Positions 1 through 11,674 of a stretch of 47,744 nucleotides of DNA are shown here, piece by piece; positions within the stretch are counted from its first letter, which is position 1; each line of letters starts with the position of its first letter. A program made the position numbers and the translations under genes. Origin of the DNA: Hyphochytrium catenoides (lineage: Eukaryota > Protista > Hyphochytriomycota); the NCBI GenBank assembly GCA_900088475.1, contig FLMG01003682.1, forward strand, positions 1-47,744, read 5' to 3'. The notes beneath the pieces were generated by a model. The model made no database searches, was not told the DNA's origin, and worked only from the letters and a program-made list of their open reading frames with translations.

Positions 1-26
1 AGAGAGAGAGAGAGAGAGAGAGAGAC
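1..26. repeat. (AG)n microsatellite
   Basis: Perfect AG dinucleotide run at the window start. Confidence 0.95.
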
Positions 27-382
27 AGGAAGGAAGAGAAGGATGATAATGAGTAATGGAAAAGGGAGTTCTTATTTGGATTTAGAGCTGCTCAGCATTC
101 AGAGAGAGAGCGAGGACAGAGACAAAGAGAGACAGAGAGAGAGACATTTGAAGGTACTAACAGAGATCAGCGGCTTGTTTAGGAGGAGGGAAAAGCAGAA
201 GAAGAAGAGAAGAGTTGGAGAGCCAGCAGGAGAGACAGAGAGAGAGAGAGAAACCAACCGCTCTTCTCGGATCTCTTACTTCCACTCTCCACTTTCCTTT
301 AACCATAAGGCAGAGCCGCAGCATCTCTTTTCTGCTCTCTCTCGTCGCAGCTCCCGCCGCCGCCGCCACATAAGGGAGGAAG

Positions 383-852
383 ATGGCGCAGCTGGTAGAT
401 ATTATTAGGGATCTCAAGTCCAATGACAATGAGCTGAGGAGAAGAGCTGAGCAACTCTATGAACAGGGAAAGGCAACTCACCCAGAACAGGTTCGGACAG
501 AGATTGACACTCTCTTTTTTTTCCCTCTCTTGTCTTTCCCGCTCCTCTTCTCTCTCCGTGCATTACCTCTCTCCCTGCACGTTTCAACTCGCTTTCTCCT
601 CTCCTCTCTTCTCTTGCTCCCCTCTTTTCCCTCGTCTTGATAATGCTTTTTCCTCTTTGCTCTCTCTCTCTGTTTCTCTTCTCTCTCTCTCTTTGTATCT
701 TTTCTTCTTGAAATTGTCCTTTCCTGTTCTCCCTTTTTCCTCTCTATCTCTGGTTTCCCCCTTATTTTCCGTCCTCTTCCTCGCCTTCTTGCTGCTCCTT
801 ATGATGACACACCCTGTGACTCCATCCTCTGGGCCCCCTTCCCCCTATGCCT

Positions 853-902
<50 letters not shown>

Positions 903-1254
903 CTCTCCCTTCTTCTCTCTCTCTCTCTGGTTTGGCTCCTCCTTTCCTTCCTCTTTCTCTTCTCTCTCTCTCTCTCTCCTGTCCTCTTCTGCTGTCGATG
1001 GTGCGGTCTGCAGGTGGTTGGAGAGCTCTTGCAATTGGTTCTGCAGAGTCCAGATCTCGGTGTCAGAGCTTTCAGCGCCGTCCTCCTGCGCCGATGCATT
1101 GAGAGAAAGGCTGGGGTTTGGGATAAAGTGAGCCCTGGCTTACAAGCAAATGGTTAGCGATCTGACCGCTCTCTACCTTGACCCTGCCAGGGCATTTCTT
1201 CCTATAACAGGATCCGCAGTGCACCTCTCTGGTTCCTTCTCCTTCTCTGTCCTT

Positions 1255-1305
<51 letters not shown>

Positions 1306-4300
1306 TCTCTCTCTCTTTCTCTTTTTCTCTCTTTCTTCTCTGACCCCTTGGGTACCACCCATGCATCGGCCAGAAGCTCTCTCTCTTTCCTGCTTTGCCC
1401 GTCCTCTTGTGCCTAAGTTTCCTCGCCCCTCTCCCTTACTGACCCTCCCTCCGCTCTATCATGCAGTCAAAAATGGTTTACTGCAGGCCGTCCAGTCAGA
1501 GACACACACAGACGTCCGGCGGAAGGTTGCACACGATGTTGCGGAGCTTGCCACAATGGAGGCCGTGATCGGAGAGAATGGAGCAAGTGGATGGCCAGAG
1601 CTACTGCCTGTAGTTGTCTCTCTTTGCCAGCAGAAAGATCCCCAAAAAAGAGAAGCAGGACTGGACCTTTTCCACAAGCTCTCCGACTACGTGCCGGAGA
1701 TCATTCTCCCTCATCAGAAAGATCTTAGAGAGATCTTTGCAGTCGCTTTGGTTGATGAGAATAACCTTGTACAGGTGGGAGAATGGCACAGCGCCTTATA
1801 TCGTCATGTGGTTCTCTCGTTCTCTCATTTTGCTCTCTCTCTCTCCCTCTTCATTCGCACATGTATAGATGTAAACATCTCTTAGCGGCTTAGTACATGC
1901 ACGATGTTCTTTCCCTTTTCATGTGCTCTCGTAGTCGCTCCCTCGACTTTTCTTTACCCTTCTCTGCGCAGCGCTTTGCCAGGAGACCTCTAGTGCTCAT
2001 TGGCTTTTGATGCGTGATGAAGTGACTTGCCTTCTGCTTTCGCATTGTATCTGATGACCTGTCATATAATGTGCCTTAGGTGGCGGCGCTTCGTGCCATT
2101 GTAGCGCTGTTGATTGCGTTGGAAGAAAGAGCCGCTCTAGAGCCCTTCAAGCCTCTCCTTCCTCTTATGCTTAAGGTCAGGTGCCAATCTCTCACCTGCC
2201 CCTTTGGTGACACGTTTCGGCTTTCCTCGGCTGTTTGGTGGCTCTGGCTCTCCGTCCCATTTCCAGGTTTTCCTCTCTTGTCAGCCTCCCAAATTGTCGC
2301 TTCGCCGGTGGTTTGTTGGTTGGGCACCTCTTAGTGACCGCCGGTTGTTTTTCCCTTGTAGGCCATTGAGATATCTCTGCAACATGGTGATGAGCTCGTA
2401 GTCCGAGACGCTTTGGCTGCACTGGTTGATGTGGCTGCTGCGCAGCCAGAGTTCTTACGCCCCTCACTAGGAGAAGTGGGAAGGGCAATGCTCTTCATCG
2501 CTCAGTCCAAAGCCTTGGATGCGGGAACCAGAAAGCTAGGAGCAGAGCTGCTTGTCTCACTGGCGGAGAGCGCTCCCGGTAGGTGAAAAAAAAATGGAGA
2601 AAAGAAAGAGGGAGCTGCACTACTTTCTTATCATTGGAGGACCTGAAGAATGGAGCAGACAGACACCGTGGGCTATTCGAGTCCTCTTTCTAGCTGTTGT
2701 CTCGTCTCCTGGACGGCTTTGTCCCTTGACGGTGGTGCCGTCGCTGGGTGCCCACTTTTTCCTGTCGATTTTGCTCTATTCTAGCGCCTTAAACCGTTAT
2801 CTTCGATTGATCTCCTCACCAGGTATGGTTCGGAAGAGTAAATGGCTGGTCCAGGCAGTGCTTCCTCTTACTATGGAGATATTGTGCACCGTGGAGGAGG
2901 ATCCTCTTTGGGGAGAAAAGGAAAACGAGATGGAAGACTTTGGGGATATCGCGGCGAATGACGAGGGTGAGCGACGAGAAAGAGAGAGATGCTTCAACGC
3001 GTTCCCACGTGCTCAGCCATCGTTCCTTTCTCTTTCGTTTTAGTGGACACCTCTATCTGGACTACAGCGACTCCCTTCTATCTTTAAGATTCTGTAGCTA
3101 TCGGTGTTATTCCCTCCTCTCCCCCCAAATGTGACCATCTTTATGCTAATCTGTGACAGACGGCGAGAATCTACCGGAGTTTGCTGCCGAGGCCATAGAC
3201 CGCATAGGCAAAGCTCTGGGTGGACAGGCTGTGCTGCCTGTTGCCTTCCCTTTGATCACCTCCTACCTCCAAGCAGATGACTGGAAGAGGCGACGAGCCG
3301 CTCTTTACTCTTTGGCGCTTTTGGCAGAAGGCTGTAGAAAGGTTACCTATGCTTCACACCTTCGAGGTCTCGTCCTTTGTTTGCATTGAGTCTCTCTCAG
3401 TGACGGTGCCTCTCTGCTCTCGGTCTGTTGGCCCTTTAATGCTTTCCCTGTCCCTGCCATGTGCAGAGTGTTGATCACGCCTTTGTTGTTAGCGGGGCCG
3501 ATTCTCACACATCCGCTTCCTGCCTCTGGTATCACCCATAACAGGTCATGCTAAAGGATTTGGGCAAGGTGGTTGCAGCATTGGTGCCATTCACACGAGA
3601 CAACAGTCCAAGAGTCCGCTATGCAGCTGTCCTCTGTCTTGGACAGTTCGCCGAGGAGTTTGGAGAGAGGGAAAAGGAGAAGTCAAAGAACTTTCAGGAC
3701 AAGTTCCATGCCCAGGTCGTTCCTGCCCTAATGGGCGCTCTCAGTCCGAACGAGCTTCCAAGGATCCAGGTGAGAGCATGGCCCTTCGTGAACAGAATTA
3801 TTCGGTAGGGAAGGACGTCAGGGTGATCACACATTCTCTCTTCTCTAGGTAATATCAGACTTGCACCTTGTTCTTCTTCTCTTTAAGTCCCTTTGTTAGG
3901 TATAGCCCACCGTTATCTTTTCCTTTTCTCTATCTCGTGTGAAGGGACCTCCGTAGAAGTATATTTACAGCGCTCACGGGAACTGATCATTGACGCCAAA
4001 TGTTTCGCGCACTTCTCTAGTCATTGGCAGCCAGCGGGCTAGTGAACTTTTGTCATGTTGAGCGATGCAGACTTTCGGCCCTGAAGCCTTACGTTGGGCC
4101 GCTACTGCAGTGTCTTTTTGATGCACTTCGACACTCTCCACGACAGGTACGCGGCACGAGCATGGAGAATTAAGTGACGTGTGACAGGCTCGGAGAAAGC
4201 TTTGTGACAGGCTGGGAGAAAGCTTTGCGACATGACCTTTAGCGCGCTGATATGGGTAATGATGGGTTGCAAGGAGTCGTGACGGTGTCAGGCGGTGTAT

Positions 4301-7300
4301 TGAGACAGGGAATAGCTAAAGAATGAGGAGGAGGGGTCGATGGGCGGTGTGACCGGTGTGCATCACCACTCAAGTAGGCTCTCTTTTGATCAGGTGAAGG
4401 AGCAGACGATCACAGCGATTGGCTGTGTGGCCCAAGTGATTGGGGAGGATTTCCAGCACTACTACGACCTCTTCATGCCGTTGGCATCCGAGATTCTACT
4501 GAAAGCGGAAGGCACAGAGAACGCCTTACTGAGGGGGAAAGCGATGGAGGCCGTCGCGCTTGTTGGTAAGTCTTATCACTATGTGGGCAACCTTGAGAGA
4601 TTCCAGCTCTCTCTGTACTCTTCCGTTGGTGCTCGGGTATCGGACGAGCCATCTTACTGACGCTTCCTTATGATCGTCCATTCTTCCGCGTCCTCATCTG
4701 GCGCTTCCTTTCCTCAAGAAGCTCGATTGCTCGTTCCTCTGCTTTGCGGTTCTGGTCTATCGTGGGTTATGCTCCTTACAATAACCCTCTACTTCTCTAG
4801 GGCAATCCGTCGGCAAGGAGCGGTTCCTAGCGGATGCTCAACAGGTGATGGGACTCTTCCTTCGCCTGCAGGACAGCGACGAAGTGTCTGACAAGTTTGG
4901 GACGCTTGGCGAGTACTTGACACAATCATGCACAAGGATCGGAAGGGTAAGAGCCTGTCAAGCACCTCGCGAAAGGCTAGATATCGGGGCACCTCAAGGA
5001 CAGAACACGAAGTCTGCACTTTGAATAGTCCTCGATCAGCTTTAACTCTTGTCCCTGCTATCTCTTCAGATCCTAGGTGCCGACTTTGTGCCTTATCTCC
5101 CGCGGGTCCTCCCTCATGTTCTCAAGCAAGCGCAGTATGAGCCAGAGTTCGTTATCCAGGATGAGGAAGAGGTAAGGGAGACTCCCGTAAAGTATCGCTC
5201 CCTGACGCCTCACTCCCGACACTCTCACTTCCAGTGTTGTCTGGTGCTTATCTCCTCCTTCTGCGCTTGCAAGTTTGAGCAAAGCTCTCCAATAACTGAT
5301 TCACACTCCTGACGCTCCTTTTTACCTTACCTTGTCTTTTGCTGTCTTCACTTATGCGATGCCCTTAGACTGGAGAGATCGAAGGTCTGGACGTGGTGGT
5401 CCTTCAGGTCCGAGGTATGGGCACGCGACGAATGGGTTTGAACACCGCGGCCCTCCAGGAGAAGGCTACAGCTTGTCATATGCTCTATCAGTATGCCTTG
5501 GACCTTGGTGGGCACTTCTTACCGTTCGTTCAGGATACCGCACAGACGCTGGTGCCACTCATAAGATACAGATACATGGAACAGGTGAGCAATCTTTGGA
5601 GGCGGAAGAAAGTAAGCAGCCAAATATGGTAGTATTCAGCTACGTAGAAGCTGGTTAAAACACAGAAGCAGAGATTTTTGCGTGGCTTCTTTCTCCACTC
5701 AGCCTCTCATTTTTGTTTTGATGTTTCCATTGTATAGGTCCGACTCGCCGCTATCTTGGGTCAGCCGCGGCTGCTGGATTGCGCAATCAGCGGGTTGAAG
5801 CAGGAAGAGGTTTCCAGCAGAGTGCAGAACGCCTCCTCTCTACCGCAGGCGCTGCTAGAAGCCCAATTGGAGCCCCTTCTTAAGGCCTTACGAGAGGAAG
5901 AGGAAATGGAATGCCTCTGCGCTGTCTCTGATGCCCTTAGTGAGACCTTCCAGCTTGTCCAAGAGGCAAAGAGAGACGGCCTTCCAATTACTATCCCTCT
6001 CTCTGCCGTACCTCATGTCGTGACGGCCCTGCGAGATGCCATAGGCCAGAGCATTCAACGTAGGAGAGAAAGGGCCGCAAACAATGCTCAGGACCCAGAC
6101 TATGATGAGGAAGCTGCGGATGCAGATGCGGAAGCGGAGGAAATGGAGGATGATTTTCTTACCTCTCTTACAGATGCAGTGGGTTATCTCATGAAGATGC
6201 ACAAGGAAGAGTTCTTCGACACCTTTGCCAAGGTAGAAGGGCGATTGACGATTTGTCTGTCCTTGTCGTGCGACATCTATGGAATCTCATTCTGTCCCCG
6301 TGTCATGACGGAGCTTCTTCTGCCTAACCTCCTGTCGTATACCATAATACCACCGCCTCTACCTCCTGTCATTCGCTGCTCTGATGGCGTCCTTCTGCAA
6401 TATGTTGACGGAAAGAAGTCTGACGTTGCCCTTGTGATGCAGCTCCTTTACCCCTTTGTTGGGCTTTTCTTTAAAGACCGCAAGGATAAAGTGCTGCTGG
6501 AGTTGGCGATCTGCATGATGGACGACGTTATTGAACACTGCGGAGAGAGGTAAGGACTTACAATACGCTGCTGCCTTCTTTCTTTTATAGTTTCCTATCG
6601 CTTGTTGTCTTCCTTTGCTTCTCCTCGTGATGACTGGTAGGACCTTTTGTAAAAGGGCCAATAGTGGGTAGTGCACCCATCCAAAGCCTTAGTTCTGCTT
6701 GAACGTTCTTTACCTCGCTATTGCCTCAAGCAGTCTTGTGGCACGGCGCACCTATCTACGTATTGGCTCTCTAGCTCAGTGTCGTCCTCTTTATTTTGCA
6801 GAGCTCAAGCCTTTCTTCCAGAGTTCCTTCCGGTTCTTGGTGATGCTTTGTCAGATCGCTCTTCTGACAAAGTGCGGAAATCTGCCGCCTATGGAGTGGG
6901 AGTGTGTGCAGACTTTGGAGGTGCAACCTTCGACCCTCATGCTGGCTCATTCCTTTCAGCTTTAGTGGGACTCATTCAAGAGGTAAGTGTAGATTCAAGC
7001 TACACATTGTATAGATGGGAGAAAGGGAAGGCAGTGGGTTGAGAGCAGCAGGACAGGGGTGAAGATAGAAGCCTTCATAAAGGGTCTTCTCCTTCTCCCG
7101 TAACACGTCTCTGATAATATATCAGCGGGTCAATGTTCAGGGACCAGTTAAAGCAGTGATAGTGCCTTTGGGAAAGTTGAACAGGTTGAGAAAGAACTTA
7201 GTCTAAACGTGCAAGTGCCCTCGAGAGGTGATGCCCTGACTGATCAGCGGCTGGGGCCCGCCTTTCTCTCTCACAGATAAGGAAAAACAACGAGGAAGAA

Positions 7301-8077
7301 GAAGATTTTCTGTTGGCTAGAGACACAGCCATCGCTGCGGTATGGAAGATCCTTGTAGCCAGACCGACAGTGTTGGAAGGAGCGGGAGAAGGCCTGTGGC
7401 CTACTCTTCTCTCCTGGCTCCCTCTCCGTCACGATCTCCTTGAGGCACAAGAGCTGCATTCGAGGCTCTTGGACCTAGCAGAACGAGGAGACCCTAGAGT
7501 GATGGGGAAGAACCTGGAGAATCTCTCCAGACTTCTGGCTATCTTTGCCGATATCTTAGGTACGGCTGCCGCTTCTTCGTCTTATAGCTAGCCCTTTTTT
7601 GACGTGTAGCTCTCTTCTCTGTTCTGGCTCGCGGTCTGTCTTACTGTCTTATATCGATTTCTGGCTCACTCTTTCTTCACTGGGCAGCTGGGCCGGAGGG
7701 TGAGGAGGAGGAGGAGGAGGACGAAGAGGAAGGACTCATCACGCCAGAAGATGCACAGCGAATGCTATTGATCCTAGGCAAAATACAGGTATAGAGTCGA
7801 CTGTCCTCTGGCCTTCCGAAGCCTATTAATCCTTTCTTTGGCATTTTCCCTCGCCATAACCCTTTTTTCCTTACATCGCACTTTCTCATCTGGTCCGCAT
7901 CCCACGCTTCTCTTTGTCGCCACCTTACGCTTATTTTTGACCTCTCTGTCCATTGCTCCCTCCACACTCCTACGATCAATGCAGCAACAAGTTGACCCAG
8001 CCATAGTCAATGCAGCTTGGTCAAGCCTGAGCGAGGAGCAGCGACAACAATTTCAGATCGCGCAGCAAGGAGAGTAG
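383..8077 (+). CDS. IPO5: Importin-5 / karyopherin beta-3 (Pse1/Kap121-like HEAT-repeat import receptor), multi-exon
   Basis: GT-AG exons join in frame (e.g. 383-490, 1014-1152, 1467-1774, 2080-2175 ... last exon ends TAG 8075-8077). Family-typical segments: 'RAFSAVLLRR', 'WPELLP', 'AIDRIGKALGG', 'WKRRRAAL', 'PRVRYAA', 'LRGKAMEAVALVG', 'MGLNTAALQEKATAC', 'VRKSAAYGVG', 'WLPL..DLLEA'. Confidence 0.92.
851..978. repeat. (CT)n microsatellite / polypyrimidine tract in IPO5 intron 1 (another at ~1260-1325 in intron 2)
   Basis: Direct reading of CT runs; they explain the spurious Ser/Leu and Arg/Glu ORFs. Confidence 0.9.
4179..4232. repeat. ~23-bp tandem duplication in an IPO5 intron
   Basis: tgtgacaggct(c/g)ggagaaagctt occurs twice, followed by a partial third copy. 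Confidence 0.8.
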
Positions 8078-8594
8078 CGTCGTTAGGAAAGAAAAGAGAT
8101 TTTTGCATAGAAACGGGATGACGGGAGAATAGGTAGGGATGTACATAGGGTTCAGCAGCTATAAATAAGTTAAGGCAGATGGTACATATCGTGCCCACCC
8201 TCTTCGTTCTATGGCAAATGCCCTTTGCCTTTGTTCTCTCTTTGTATGACAACCTTTTTTTGCACGGACTGCCCGTGGTTTTAGAACTGGACGGTTATCT
8301 CCTAATAAGTGCTGAACCACCACCCAGAAGTGTTCCTATTGCCTACCATCGATGCCATTTGCTTGCTCGGAAGGGTTAGAGTCACGTCTGCTATACGTCA
8401 TTCTCTGTCTTAGTATTGTCTTATTTTCCTCGTCCGTCCTCTCCCTTTGTCCATCGCTCTTTGACTCTATCGCCTGCTCTAAACCCTTCACCTCCAATTG
8501 ATCGTCAAGAGGTTCATCCACTCCATGGACGCTAGTTCCAAGTAGAGGTCTTAGGTAAGGAAAGCAATATATTACCATCAGTAGCCCTAGAGAA

Positions 8595-8704
8595 GGTCAG
8601 CACCTACGCGCCGTAGCGTTGCCCACACGCTCTCCCTCTCTACCTATCTCTCGGCGGCTTGGGTCAGCACCTACGCGCCGTAGCGGTTGCCCATCCGCTT
8701 TCCC
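8595..8704. repeat. Two ~43-bp direct repeats downstream of the RPS2 stop
   Basis: ggtcagcacctacgcgccgtagcg(g)ttgccca..cgct.tccc at 8595-8636 and 8662-8704. Confidence 0.9.
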
Positions 8705-8763
8705 AAGTCTCCCTTTTCCGCCAGAGGCCCTCATTCTACCAACAGTCTCTCCCCCTGATAGGC

Positions 8764-9619
8764 TTAGTAAGCCTTAGAGGTCTTCGCAAGGAAGTCAGTA
8801 TGCTCCTGAAGAGGAGACTTCTGGAAGACAGTCTCGGCCCAGAGGTCAGGGCTGAGGTAGCTGTAGGTCTTGGACAGAGCATAGAAGCAAGCCTTCACGA
8901 AGTTGCCCATGGTACGCGTGTGACCCCTAGAAGCAGTGTAGCAGTCCTCAATGCCTGCCATACCCAGAAGCTTCTTGGTGACAGGAGCAGCGACAAGACC
9001 GGTACCACGAGGGGCTGGGATCAGACGCACGCGGACGGAACCGCACTTGCCCGTTACCTTGTTAGGCACGGTGTGAGGGCGGCCGACCATCTTGCCCCAG
9101 TATCCTCTGCGGATAGGGATGGTAGAGATCTTGGCAAGGATGATGGCACCGCGGATAGCGGTAGCAACTTCCTTAGCGCACTTTACACCGAGACCAACGT
9201 GACCGTTGCCGTCTCCGACAGCGACGAATGCCTTGAAGCGGGTACGCTGGCCGGCAGAAGTCTGCTTCTGAACAGGCATGATCTTCATGACCTCATCCTT
9301 AAGGGTGGAGCCCAGGAAGTAGTCCACGATCTGGTACTCCTTGACAGCCATGGAGAAGAGATAGATCTCCTCAAGGCTCTTGATCTTGCCCTCCTTGACG
9401 AGACGGCCAAGCTTGGTCACAGGGACCCACTCCTTCTCATCACCACCCTCACGACGTCCGCGTCCACGTCCGCGTCCACGTCCACGTCCGCGGCCGAAAC
9501 CACCACGCTCACCTAAAACATTCCCAATGGAAGGGCAATCATTAGCCGTGATAAAGAACAACATAAGTCATAAAAGAAAGCCCTTCAATCACTACCTTAC
9601 CTCTAGGTGCGTCAGCCAT
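8764..9619 (-). CDS. RPS2: 40S ribosomal protein S2 (uS5), 2 exons (9619-9601, 9512-8764), 255 aa
   Basis: ATG GCT GAC GCA CCT AGA G|gtaagg...ttttag|GT GAG gives [17 protein letters not shown]; RG-rich N-terminus, '[13 protein letters not shown]', '[17 protein letters not shown]', '[20 protein letters not shown]'. Confidence 0.98.
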
Positions 9620-10984
9620 TGTAGATAATGGGGTTGATAGACAGAGTATCAGGAGGCAAATGGGCAATGGGCAAATCTCAATGTGAAGACTGGTCCGAGC
9701 TTCAGATCCGGGAAAGCTCCGATCGCCGGCACATGGAAGGGATGGCCGTGGCGGCAGGATGGGTGGACCGCTGAGTAGTAACCTAAGTACATATGACTGT
9801 TATGTCGTTGGGTGGGGAGGGCGGACGGATGGTTGAGAGGACAAAAAGAAACCCTCAGTTTCATCAGCTACAGTTAAAATCCCTCTAATCTATCATCATT
9901 ATAATAAATAAATGATGTGAGTACTTTGGTGGCACATCGGGAGAGTTATATTATTATAATTGAAAGCGAACAAGAGGGAGAAGAAGCTACCTACTATTTA
10001 ATAGCAAATGTATGTAGGAGACCATTTCTCCTCCTTCCTCCTCTCTTTTTATCTGCTTTAGCATCATCATCATTAGCAATTTCCTACCTTTTTGACCAGC
10101 CCCCGTTCTTTGATAACCTCTTTGATTCTTCTATCTTGCTGCTGCTCCTCTCTCACTCAAAGGAAGAGTCTCTGTTCTTCTTAATCCCGTCTTTCTCCTT
10201 TGCTCACTGCTTCTTTTCCTCACTAACTACTCCTCTTGTCTCGTTCCATCAAGCCCCCTCCTCCTCCTGCTGCCCTACTACTAGTCTTTTAAAGTAGGCC
10301 TCTGCCTGGTTGTCCCTTGGCGTTCATCTCACCAAGCAACCATTCCTATCATAGTAGTAGTAGACGGTGCGGCGACAAGAAAAAGCTGCGGTCAGCTAAT
10401 AATTATGTAAGGTCTATCTGCTTTCTTCCTCCTCCTCTTTCTCAAGAGACCTACTAGGTAGGAGGGGCGCACCACCTTGGTTGTTTGCTCCTCCCTTTTC
10501 TTTTCTTTCTTATCATCTTCGTCCTCCTCGAGGTAATAACGGAGACGAGGAGGGACTTTGTATTATGACCCTGGTCCGACGACGCTCGTCAACGATCACG
10601 AATCATGATGATGACACCGCTTGGACGAGCGGCAAACTAGCTCAACAGGCTGCTCTTCTCTTCTTCTTCTAGCCTCTTCTCACGTCACCGACTCCAGCTG
10701 CAGCAGCACAATCCTCTTTCTTCTTTGCTTTCTCTCCTCCAGGCTGGGAGGTGGACGACAATAGAAGAAGGAGGAAAAGATAGTACTTCTTCCTCCGCTT
10801 CTTGGCAAGGGTTGTTGATGTCAAGTCATACCAGCTTTGAGTGGATTCTTGTCTAGTAATAGTGGCTCTTGTGGGGCTACTTAAGTACGGAGAACAATGT
10901 TTTTAGCCGCAGTAGTAATATTATTGTCCCCACTGGTCAAGAAACCTTGTGTTTGCTCTATCACCAACTGCTGCCTTGAGCTTG

Positions 10985-10987
<3 letters not shown>

Positions 10988-11020
<33 letters not shown>

Positions 11021-11215
11021 ATCTCTCTCTCTCTCTCTCAAAATCTCTCTCTCTCTCTCTCAAAATCTCTCTCTCTCTCTCAAAATCTCTCTCTCTCTCT
11101 CAAAATCTCTCTCTCTCTCAAAATCTCTCTCTCAAAATCTCTCTTTCAAAATCTCTCTCTCTCTCTCTCTCAAAATCTCTTTCTCAAAATCTCTCTTTCA
11201 AAATCTCTCTCTCTC
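10988..11215. repeat. Compound minisatellite [CAAAA(TC)n]m
   Basis: About ten CAAAA spacers separated by variable-length TC runs. Confidence 0.9.
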
Positions 11216-11674
11216 TCTGTCTCTCACAAACACACTCTCTCTCTCTCGCTCAATCGCTCTCTCTCTCACACACACACTCGCTCTCTCAACTCCCTTTCTC
11301 TGTCTCGCTCTCCCTGTTTTTTTTCCCCTATATCTCTCCTATGTCTCTCTCTCCCATCTCTTCTGATCACTCCATCCCTCGCGCTTTCTGTCTCTCTGTC
11401 TTCCTCTCTCTCCCGCTCACTCTCTCCTCCTTTGGCTGGTCAATTTCCTTCCAGAGCTCTATTGCCCTGCGACTTCCCGTCAGTGTCTCACGCGTCTCTC
11501 TCACTTCTTCCTCTTCAGCTTTATACAGTCGATCAGGAGAAAGAGGAGACCTTCATCAGAGAGAAAGAGATCGACAGAAGAACAAGAAGCTCCCTTTTGA
11601 GGCTGCATTTGTCCCTTCTTCCCTTCTCCGCTTGAGACCATCACGGACCACGGAGTCCGTAGCTCCTCTCCACC

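Noticed and set aside
459-1416. Ser/Leu-rich and Arg/Glu-rich ORFs
   Set aside because: Translations of intronic (CT)n microsatellites.
8659-9516. 285-aa + strand ORF
   Set aside because: Antisense shadow of RPS2; codon bias in highly expressed genes often leaves the opposite frame open.
9640-9930. Possible snoRNA or structured RNA upstream of RPS2 (TGATGA/CTGA-like words, short gagctt/aagctc stem)
   Set aside because: No convincing box spacing, terminal stem or rRNA-complementary guide is visible.
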